NCBI GenBank assembly: GCA_027334565.1
Contig: DAHWUP010000001.1
Location: 158,726-222,725, forward strand
Source: Candidatus Levyibacteriota bacterium
Lineage (GTDB): Bacteria; Patescibacteriota; Microgenomatia; Levybacterales; UBA12049
DNA length: 64,000 nt
Direction of reading: 5' to 3'
The position numbers were made by a program, and so were the translations under genes. Below are positions 39,454-47,872 of this stretch, in pieces; the first letter of the stretch is position 1; each line of letters opens with the position of its first letter. The notes beneath the pieces are model-generated. The model did not search any database and was not told the origin of the DNA. It saw nothing but the letters and a program-made list of their open reading frames with translations.

Positions 39454-39924
39454 TTAAAAACGAAAATGACTAAATGCCTTATTCGCTTCCGCCATTCTGT
39501 GGACCGTATCCCTCTTTTTGATTGCCGCACCCTCGTTTCTTGATGCTTCTAAAATTTCGGCCGCAAGTTTTTCAAAAAAGTGATGGTAATCTTTATTACT
39601 TCTTGCTCTGGCCGCTTCCAAAATCCAACGGATCGCCAAAGTGATTCTCCTGTCTCCCCTTACTTCTTGAGGAACCTGATAATTTGCGCCGCCTACTCTT
39701 CGTGATTTGACCTCTTGTTTTGGACCGACATTATTAATCGCGGTTTCAAAAATTTGTAAGGGGTCGCCGTCTTTTTTTAAAAGCTCGAAGCCTTGATATA
39801 ATGATCTTTCGGCAACCGACTTTTTACCATCCTTCATCATTCTATTGATGAATTTGGCAACCAGTTTACTCTGATAAAGTTTATCGTCATTGATTTGTCT
39901 CTTGGTTACTTTTCGATGTCTCAT
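39454..39924 (-). CDS. rpsG: 30S ribosomal protein S7
   Basis: DGKKSVA, SRRVGGANYQVP, HRMAEANKAFSHFRF. Confidence 0.99.
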   Translation of the reverse strand: MRHRKVTKRQINDDKLYQSKLVAKFINRMMKDGKKSVAERSLYQGFELLKKDGDPLQIFETAINNVGPKQEVKSRRVGGANYQVPQEVRGDRRITLAIRWILEAARARSNKDYHHFFEKLAAEILEASRNEGAAIKKRDTVHRMAEANKAFSHFRF

Positions 39925-39927
39925 GCG

Positions 39928-40407
39928 TTATCCTTCCGCAGGGGTTGCGGGTGCGGATGATTCCGCTGCCGGCACCGCGCCTGCTACTCTTGCCGGTCCC
40001 CCTGATTTTTTCACTCCGTATTTGCTTCTTGAAGACTTGCGTCCGTCAACCCCCTGAAGATCGAACTTTCCTCTTACGATATGGTATTTAACACCCGGTA
40101 AATCCTTAACCCTTCCGCCGCGGACCAATACGATACCGTGCTCTGCCAAAGAATGTCCGATTCCCTGAATGTAAGCCGTAACTTCGGTACGGTTTGAAAG
40201 TTTAACGCGGGCAACCTTTCTTAAAGCCGAATTAGGCTTTTTAGGCGTCATGGTTTTGACCAAAGTGACCACACCTCTTTTTTGCGGGCCCTCAATGTTT
40301 TTATATCTTCGCTCCTTTGCATTAAAGATCCTTCGCAAAGCGGTTGCCTTAACTTTTTTCGTCTTCCTTTTTCTGCCTTTCTTGGCAAGTTGGCTCAGTG
40401 TTGGCAT
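39928..40407 (-). CDS. rpsL: 30S ribosomal protein S12 with Ala/Pro C-terminal tail
   Basis: [21 protein letters not shown]. Confidence 0.98.
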   Translation of the reverse strand: MPTLSQLAKKGRKRKTKKVKATALRRIFNAKERRYKNIEGPQKRGVVTLVKTMTPKKPNSALRKVARVKLSNRTEVTAYIQGIGHSLAEHGIVLVRGGRVKDLPGVKYHIVRGKFDLQGVDGRKSSRSKYGVKKSGGPARVAGAVPAAESSAPATPAEG

Positions 40408-40432
40408 ATTATTAATTTGAAATTATTTGCAA

Positions 40433-43400
40433 TTATATCGCTTGCATGGCTTGCGTCTCAACCCCGGTAGATTCCAGCTGTTGAACTTCTCCCGATTGAT
40501 CCGAATCAACCGGAATCAATCTTCCGATGATAACGTTTTCTTTTAATCCGACCAATTTATCTTCCGCCCCCTCCAACGCAGCGTCGGTCAATACCTTTGT
40601 CGTCTCCTGGAAAGATGATGCCGAAAGCCACGAATCCGAGAAAAGTGAAGATTTGGTAATTCCCAAAATGGTTTGCCTTCCGGTGGCCGGTTCCCCACCT
40701 TGCGATAGTACCTCGGCATTAATTTCTTCAAACCTGGTCTTTGAAATAAAGTCTCCGGGGATCAATGAGGTATCTCCTACCGTCTCTATGATCACTTTAT
40801 CGGACATTTTTCTTAATACAACTTCGAAATGTTTATCGTTAATACCGATTCCCTGAGATTCATAAACCTTTTGCGCTTCGGCTTTAATATATTCCTGCGC
40901 CTCGATCTGACCCTTGATCTTAATTATTTCCTTAGGATCAAGATAGCCCTCGGCAAGTTGGGCACCCGCTACGATCTCGTCGCCATCGGCAACGTTTAAG
41001 GTGGAAGCCAAGGGAACAAAATATTCTCTTTCGTCGACAGGTTTAGCTCTTGAAGACCTGACTCTGACAATATACCCGTCCTCGGTTGTCTCTACACTAA
41101 CCTTTCCGGAAATTTCCGACACGGGGGATAGATTTTTTGGAGTTCTCATTTCAAATAACTCCTCTACCCTCGGCAACCCTTGCGTAACGTCCGACATTAC
41201 TACCCCTCCGAAATGCCTGACCCTCATGGTTAACTGAGTGCCCGGCTCGCCGATACTTTGCGCAGCGATCACTCCGACGGGAACACCCAATTCGACCTTT
41301 TTCTTAGTTGAAAAATCCCAACCGTAACATGCTGCGCAGATTCCATATTCCTGTTTACAGGTGATCGGGCTTCTGACGATTATTTCCGTGATCCCGTCGT
41401 CGACAACTTGTTTAACTTTATCTTCGGTGATCTCACCATTTGCGGGCACGATTTCCTTCTTAGTTTTTTTGGAAACTATTTTTTCAGCCGCAGTTCTTCC
41501 CAAAATCCTGTCTGCGAAACTGGCAGTTCTAACTTGATTCTCAGAAATTACGATGCCTTCATGTGTACCGCAATCTTCGGCTCTGATGATCACATCGTGC
41601 GAAACGTCGACCAACCTTCGGGTCAGATAACCCGCGTTCGCTGTTTTTAAGGCCGAGTCTGTCAAGCCTTTTCTTGAACCGCGAGCCGAAGTAACGTATT
41701 CGAAAATCGATAATCCTTCCCTAAAGTTGGATTTAACCGGCAGTTCGACAATTTTACCTAACGGGTCAAGGATCAATCCTCTCATGGCCGATAACTGTTT
41801 TAGCTGTTCCTTCCCGGCCCTGGCGCCTTCGGAATCGATGATCGTTCTGATGACACTTCCTGCCTGTAAATTATTCCAGGTAAGATCTGCAATTTTATTT
41901 GTAGTTTCAAGCCAAATCTCGTTTGAAAGTCTTTTCTTTTCTTCAACGGTGATTAAACCTTCCTGGTAATCACCCTCTACGCCGGCAACTTTCTTCTCGG
42001 CCTCTTGGATAAGCTGGTCTTTTTCTTCGACCATTTCGTTATCGAACACCGAAACGGATATGCCGGAAATGGTCGAGCCGTAAAATCCTAAAGATTTGAT
42101 ATTATCTATAAGTCTTTCGATCTCCTCTGCCGGGTATTGTTTAATTGCGGTCGTGATAATTTTCTTGATCCCCGAAGCTTTAACCGCCTCGTTAATAAAA
42201 CCGAAACCCTGTGGAAGTTTTTCGTTGAACATCAGTCTTCCGACGGTTGTCTCGATCATCTCGCTGTCGATCTTGACTTGAATCAATTCTCTTAACTTTG
42301 TTTTTCCGAGAGAATTAGACAAGAATGCTTCGGTAGGATTCATGAAAACCTGAACTTTTTCCTTCCTCAAAGACTCATCCAAGGTAGTTAAATAGAAAAC
42401 GCCGACAGCCATTTCTTTGTTGGGTAAGGTAATGGGGCTTCCGTCCGCCGGTTTCAACAGGTTTTCCCTTGGCATCATTAAACTAATTGCTTCCTCCTGA
42501 GCTTTCTGTGAAAGCGGAATATGAACGGCCATTTGATCACCGTCGAAATCCGCATTGTACCCGGCGCAGACACAAGGATGGAGAGAAATCGCAGATCCTT
42601 CGATCAATACCGGATAAAATGCCTGGATTCCTAACTTATGCAAGGTAGGCGCACGGTTTAGAAGGACCGGGTGGTTCTTGGTTATTTCTTCCAAAATATC
42701 GAATACCTCAGGCGGCCTCTTTTCGATGAATCTTTTTGCCGATTTGATATTCGGTGCATATCCCCTGACTATCACTTCTCTTAATACGAAAGGTTTGAAC
42801 ATCTCCAAAGCCATTTCTTTGGGAAGCCCGCACTGTGACAAATTCAATTCCGGTCCGACGACAATTACCGAACGTCCCGAATAATCGACCCTTTTACCGA
42901 GCAGGTTCTGCCTGAATCTTCCTTGTTTACCCCGTAACATATCCGATAATGAGCGAAGGGGCGAAGAAACAACCTGGTTGGACCTCTGTGACGCGTCGAT
43001 TAAAGAATCGACCGATTCCTGCAACATCCTTTTTTCATTGCGAAGGATAATTTCGGGAGCACCTAACGAAATCAGGTGTTTTAATCTGTTATTTCGGTTA
43101 ATCACCCTTCGGTACAAATCGTTGAGGTCCGAAGTTGCGAATCTTCCACCTGCCAGCTGAACCATCGGTCTAAGATCGGGCGGAATAACCGGCAACACCG
43201 CCATCACCATTGAACGCGGCTCTATTCCGGCTTTTCGCATCGCTTCCAAAAGTCTTAAGCGTTTGATGAGTTTAAAATACCTTTGCCCTTTCGACTTGCT
43301 GGTTTCGTCTCTGAGTGCCACAATCAATCCCGATAAGTCGATCTTTTCTATCAGCTCCATCAGGCCTTCGGCACCGGTTTTAATGGTAAAGAATACCGGA

Positions 43401-44197
43401 ATATCATACTCCAAAATCTTAAAGTACTCGTCTTCGGACAAAACGCTCCCGATCTTAAGGCTTTTTATCAGCTTTGAAAGCGCATCCTGGATCTCGTCCA
43501 ATTTTTTATTTTCCGCTTCCTGTCTTTCGTCAAGCCTTGCCTGTTTCTGGCGCCTTTGCAAATCTATTTCCTGTTTGATCAGTTCTTTCTGTTCGGGAGT
43601 GGTTTTCGTCTTGGTAGCTTCTTTTTCTTTTTCCGATGATTCTTTATCCAGTGATTTCTTTTCCTCGTCAACCAGCTTTTTGATCTCGACTTTTCTTTCT
43701 TCGATAATTTTTGCCAGCTCCGAAATGGCTTGCTTTTTCTTTTCGTTATCAAAGTCCGTAACCAAGTATGACGCGTAATAAATGACCGATTCCAGTGCTT
43801 TTTGCGACATGTCTAAAATCAGAGACAGCGCCGAGGAAGATCCCTTGAAGAACCAAACATGTGCAACCGGAGCTGCCAGCGTGATGTGTCCCATCCTTTC
43901 CCTTCTGACCCTGGAGAGAGTGACCTCAACGCCGCATTTATCGCAAATTATCCCGCGGTTTCTGATCCTTTTATATTTTCCGCAATAACATTCCCAGTCT
44001 TTGGTAGGTCCGAAGATTCTTTCGTCGAACAATCCGTCCTTTTCAGGCCTTAAAGTCCTGTAATTGATCGTTTCCGGTTTGGTAACCTCACCGAATGACC
44101 AATTCATGATATCATCCTTTGAGGCCAATAATAACTTTAATGACTTAAAGTCCAAGATCGTGATATCTTTATTTTTTCTGTCGTTATTGTTGTTCAT
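40433..44197 (-). CDS. rpoC: RNA polymerase beta' subunit
   Basis: NADFDGD, CYCGKY, AQSIGEPGTQLT; start overlaps the rpoB stop. Confidence 0.99.
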   Translation of the reverse strand: MNNNNDRKNKDITILDFKSLKLLLASKDDIMNWSFGEVTKPETINYRTLRPEKDGLFDERIFGPTKDWECYCGKYKRIRNRGIICDKCGVEVTLSRVRRERMGHITLAAPVAHVWFFKGSSSALSLILDMSQKALESVIYYASYLVTDFDNEKKKQAISELAKIIEERKVEIKKLVDEEKKSLDKESSEKEKEATKTKTTPEQKELIKQEIDLQRRQKQARLDERQEAENKKLDEIQDALSKLIKSLKIGSVLSEDEYFKILEYDIPVFFTIKTGAEGLMELIEKIDLSGLIVALRDETSKSKGQRYFKLIKRLRLLEAMRKAGIEPRSMVMAVLPVIPPDLRPMVQLAGGRFATSDLNDLYRRVINRNNRLKHLISLGAPEIILRNEKRMLQESVDSLIDASQRSNQVVSSPLRSLSDMLRGKQGRFRQNLLGKRVDYSGRSVIVVGPELNLSQCGLPKEMALEMFKPFVLREVIVRGYAPNIKSAKRFIEKRPPEVFDILEEITKNHPVLLNRAPTLHKLGIQAFYPVLIEGSAISLHPCVCAGYNADFDGDQMAVHIPLSQKAQEEAISLMMPRENLLKPADGSPITLPNKEMAVGVFYLTTLDESLRKEKVQVFMNPTEAFLSNSLGKTKLRELIQVKIDSEMIETTVGRLMFNEKLPQGFGFINEAVKASGIKKIITTAIKQYPAEEIERLIDNIKSLGFYGSTISGISVSVFDNEMVEEKDQLIQEAEKKVAGVEGDYQEGLITVEEKKRLSNEIWLETTNKIADLTWNNLQAGSVIRTIIDSEGARAGKEQLKQLSAMRGLILDPLGKIVELPVKSNFREGLSIFEYVTSARGSRKGLTDSALKTANAGYLTRRLVDVSHDVIIRAEDCGTHEGIVISENQVRTASFADRILGRTAAEKIVSKKTKKEIVPANGEITEDKVKQVVDDGITEIIVRSPITCKQEYGICAACYGWDFSTKKKVELGVPVGVIAAQSIGEPGTQLTMRVRHFGGVVMSDVTQGLPRVEELFEMRTPKNLSPVSEISGKVSVETTEDGYIVRVRSSRAKPVDEREYFVPLASTLNVADGDEIVAGAQLAEGYLDPKEIIKIKGQIEAQEYIKAEAQKVYESQGIGINDKHFEVVLRKMSDKVIIETVGDTSLIPGDFISKTRFEEINAEVLSQGGEPATGRQTILGITKSSLFSDSWLSASSFQETTKVLTDAALEGAEDKLVGLKENVIIGRLIPVDSDQSGEVQQLESTGVETQAMQAI

Positions 44198-47100
44198 TGT
44201 TGTTATTACCTCCAACGGTCGGATCGGAAATTTCCACACCCTGTTCTTCCGCCTGACCAACCGTTTCGTTAATCATCTCTTCCCCGCCCAATTCTTCCCG
44301 AAGTTCCTTGGCTTCCGCTTCGCTTTTCTCTTCTTTCTCCGCATTGGTTACTCCCTCATCAATTACATCCAAAGGCCTGGCGGAAACAGTTGCCCCGACC
44401 GGAACGACGTTCAATCCCAAAGCATTCAACTCTTTAATCAATACTTTAAAGCTTTCCGGGACCTTAGGGGTAGGGATATCCGTCCCTTTTACAATTGCTT
44501 CGAATGCCTTGGCCCTGCCGACTACATCATCCGACTTGATGGTCAGCATTTCCTGCAAGGTATATCTGGCGCGATGCGACTCCAGTGCCCAAACCTCCAT
44601 TTCGCCCAATCTCTGTCCACCCATCTGAGCTTTTCCGCCTAAAGGCTGCTGTGTAACCAAAGAATACGGACCGGTCGAGCGTGCGTGGGTTTTATCTTCA
44701 ACCATGTGAATCAATTTCATCATGTATTCTATTCCGACCACCGCAGGACTATCGTATGGTTCACCGGTCCTTCCGTCATAAAGAGTGGTTTTACCGCTAA
44801 CCGGAAGTCCTGCTTTTTTAAGCTCGGTGACAATCTTCTCCTCATCAACCTCTTCAAAAACCGGTACAGCGATCTTTTCTTCCAGAGTTCTTGCCGCCCA
44901 ACCAAGATGTGCTTCCAAAAGCTGTCCCAAATTCATCCTGGCCAGTACCGATATCGGAGAAATAACGATATCGACCGGGGTTCCGTCCGCCAGATGCGGC
45001 ATATCCACCTCCGGCAGGATTCTTGAAATTACCCCTTTGTTCCCGTGTCTTCCGGCAAGCTTGTCTCCGATGACAACGTGTCTAAGTTGCGCGACCTCGA
45101 CAATGATTTTTCTGATCGTCCCCGGTTCCAGTTCGTCGCCTTTTTTCCTATCCAGGATCTGTACGTTGATAACGGTTCCGCGTTCACCGTGCGGCATTCT
45201 TAAAGATGTATCCCTGACTTCCCGAGCCTGTTCCCCGAAAATAGCCCGCAAAAGCCTTTCCTCCGCCGAAAGTTCGGTTTCCCCTTTGGGTGCAATCTTA
45301 CCGACCAGAATATCACCGGGACTCACTTCGGAACCCACCACGACAATTCCTTCCTCATCCAGGTTTGCCAAGTCTTCTTCGGAAACGTTGGGAATATCTC
45401 TGGTAGTTTCCTCCGGCCCCAATTTTGTTTCAACTACCGAAGCCTCGTGTTTCTCGATATGAATTGACGATAGGACGTCGTCTTTAACCAAACGTTCGGA
45501 AATTACAATGCCGTCTTCATATCCCAACCCGTCAAATGCCGTATAGGCAATCAATAAATTCTGACCCAAGGCAAGTTCCCCTCCCTGTGAGGCCGGTCCG
45601 TCGATCAAAAGATCGCCTTGTTTGACCTTATCACCGGTTTTCACTACCGCTCTTTGCGTATATGAGGTAGCCGATGACGTCCTTTTAAAAGAATCGATGT
45701 AATAAGTTACTTCTTCTTTTGGTGATTTACCTTTTAAGACGACCTTATTTGCGTCGGCGTATTCGATTTCCCCGTCAAACGGAGCATAAATTACTCTTGC
45801 CATCATCTGTGAAATAGAATTTTCCATACCGGTCCCGACCATCGGACTCTCGGGCCTTATGAGCGGCACGGCCTGACACTGCATGTGGGTTCCCATCAAA
45901 GCTCGGTTCGCTTCATCATGGGAAACAAACGGAATTAGCGATGCAGCCGACCCGACAACCTGTCTTGGCACGACATCGACATATTCGATATTTTCTCTAT
46001 CCGTTTCAATAAATTCACCCTTATATCTTGCAGCTACCCTGTCTCTTGATATTTTATTTCCGTCCAAAACTCCGGCATGGGTAATATAATGCTTTTGTTC
46101 GTCGTCGGCCGACAGATAAACGATCTCATCGGTTGCCTTGGAAATTGTCGCATCACCGTGCTTTTCCTGAATCACTTTCCTGTAAGGGGCTTCCAAAAAT
46201 CCGAATTCGTTGACTCTTGCGTACAAAGACATATATGTCACCAGTCCGATATTCGGTCCTTCGGGGCTTCGGATAGGGCAAATCCTCGAATACTGGGAAC
46301 TGTTGATGTCGCGGATGGAAAAAGCTGCCCTTTCCCTGGAAATTCCACCGGTTCCCATTACTGTCAACCTGTTTAAATTATCAACCTCCGACAAGGGATT
46401 GGTCTGGTCCAAAATGGTCGATAACTGTGATGTTCTGAAAAATTCGTTGATGGACGCCATGATCGGTCTGGCGTTTATCAGTCCTCCGATGGAAATCGGA
46501 ACATCCGGCTGTATCAAACTCATTCGTTCCTTGACACTTCTTTCCAAACGTAAAGCTCCGATCCGAAACGCGGTTGCCGAAACCAGTTCGCCTACACAAC
46601 GTACCCTTCGGTTTGCCAGAGAATCTATATCATCAATTTCCTCCTCTCGTTTGGCAAGCCTGATCAAATAGCTTATCGTTCCGATGATATCTTCAACAGT
46701 GAGGATCTTGGTATCGGAATTTGGTGCGTTGAAGCCTTCGATTCCCGTAAGTTTTTTATTCATCTTGTAGCGTCCGACAAGACCCAGATCGTACCTACGG
46801 TTATTGAAAAATGTTCCCAGGAAATTTTCCCTGACCTTATCAATAACTACCGGCTCGCCGGGATGCATTTTTCTGAAAATTTCAACCAGCGCCGCATTGG
46901 AGTCGGTCGTCTCGTCTTTTAGCAATGTATTTTCGATATATTTGGTGGTCCCGTCCGTTTCGGCTTGAACGAACTTATCTTTAATATCCTGATTCGATGA
47001 CAAACCGAGCGCTCTGAGGAAGGTTGTGGCAAGAAACTTTCGGCGTCTGTCAATTTTAACCATAATGGTTTCATGACGGGTGGTCGTAAATTCCAACCAA

Positions 47101-47609
47101 CTGCCGTGGACCGGTCTTATCTCCGCATTATAAAGAGTTTTTCCGGTAACATTATCAACCGTTGCGGTAAAGAATGCTCCGGGACTTCTAACCAGTTGGT
47201 TTACGACCGCTCTTTCAATTCCGTTGATAACAAAAGTTCCCCTATCCGTCATCTGGGGAATGTCGCCCAAAAACACCTCCTGATCGTATTTTGCCCCGGT
47301 CTTTTTGTTGGTAAGAACAGCATTGACATATAAAGGGGCATCGAAAGTGATACCTTTGGAAAGAGCGATTTCCGGTGTGTTAGTTGCTTTTCCAAGACGA
47401 TAATCCTTAAGCTCCAACGTCCAATTTTTTTCGGTAAAATCATCAATTGGAGAAATTTCCTCCAAAACTTCTTTAATACCCTTTTCCAAGAACCACTGAT
47501 AAGACTGTTTTTGTACAGCAAGAAGGTCTAATTTCGGCAAGAGAGAAAATTCTTTTCCCCAGTTGATTCTAATGCCATCCTTATTATCGTTGTCGTTTTG
47601 CTTAGCCAT
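44184..47609 (-). CDS. rpoB: RNA polymerase beta subunit
   Basis: GDKLAGRHGNKG, GGQRLGEMEVWALE. Confidence 0.99.
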   Translation of the reverse strand: MAKQNDNDNKDGIRINWGKEFSLLPKLDLLAVQKQSYQWFLEKGIKEVLEEISPIDDFTEKNWTLELKDYRLGKATNTPEIALSKGITFDAPLYVNAVLTNKKTGAKYDQEVFLGDIPQMTDRGTFVINGIERAVVNQLVRSPGAFFTATVDNVTGKTLYNAEIRPVHGSWLEFTTTRHETIMVKIDRRRKFLATTFLRALGLSSNQDIKDKFVQAETDGTTKYIENTLLKDETTDSNAALVEIFRKMHPGEPVVIDKVRENFLGTFFNNRRYDLGLVGRYKMNKKLTGIEGFNAPNSDTKILTVEDIIGTISYLIRLAKREEEIDDIDSLANRRVRCVGELVSATAFRIGALRLERSVKERMSLIQPDVPISIGGLINARPIMASINEFFRTSQLSTILDQTNPLSEVDNLNRLTVMGTGGISRERAAFSIRDINSSQYSRICPIRSPEGPNIGLVTYMSLYARVNEFGFLEAPYRKVIQEKHGDATISKATDEIVYLSADDEQKHYITHAGVLDGNKISRDRVAARYKGEFIETDRENIEYVDVVPRQVVGSAASLIPFVSHDEANRALMGTHMQCQAVPLIRPESPMVGTGMENSISQMMARVIYAPFDGEIEYADANKVVLKGKSPKEEVTYYIDSFKRTSSATSYTQRAVVKTGDKVKQGDLLIDGPASQGGELALGQNLLIAYTAFDGLGYEDGIVISERLVKDDVLSSIHIEKHEASVVETKLGPEETTRDIPNVSEEDLANLDEEGIVVVGSEVSPGDILVGKIAPKGETELSAEERLLRAIFGEQAREVRDTSLRMPHGERGTVINVQILDRKKGDELEPGTIRKIIVEVAQLRHVVIGDKLAGRHGNKGVISRILPEVDMPHLADGTPVDIVISPISVLARMNLGQLLEAHLGWAARTLEEKIAVPVFEEVDEEKIVTELKKAGLPVSGKTTLYDGRTGEPYDSPAVVGIEYMMKLIHMVEDKTHARSTGPYSLVTQQPLGGKAQMGGQRLGEMEVWALESHRARYTLQEMLTIKSDDVVGRAKAFEAIVKGTDIPTPKVPESFKVLIKELNALGLNVVPVGATVSARPLDVIDEGVTNAEKEEKSEAEAKELREELGGEEMINETVGQAEEQGVEISDPTVGGNNNNEQQ

Positions 47610-47637
47610 TACTAATATAGGATTTAAAAATAACGCC

Positions 47638-47722
47638 AAAAAAATGGGAAAGGTCTCTCACCTTTTCCATTTGCTCTTAATGAGTGATTGTTTTTATACC
47701 ATATCATCCGAAGCTATGTCAA
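47638..47722 (-). promoter_or_regulatory. rpoB promoter and terminator-like leader hairpin
   Basis: TTGACA-18-TATAAA; ATGGAAAAGGT-GAGAG-ACCTTTCCCAT followed by a T run. Confidence 0.65.
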
Positions 47723-47872
47723 GCACCAGTTTTTTAAACAAATATTCATAAAAACCGAATCTTCGGATGTCTCGGTTGCCAAAAATTTATTGAATTAAAA
47801 ACGGAATTAACACCATTCCCTTGTCCTCATGCTATAATTTAGCTAATCCTTCAAGATGTTTTAGGATAAAAT

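Noticed and set aside
12741-47609. Many plus-strand ORFs antisense to ribosomal, fusA and rpoBC genes (e.g. 44785..45462)
   Set aside because: Shadow ORFs of highly conserved genes with no motifs of their own
47753-47777. cUUCGg hairpin between the divergent rpoB and alaS promoters
   Set aside because: Isolated short hairpin with no evidence of transcription
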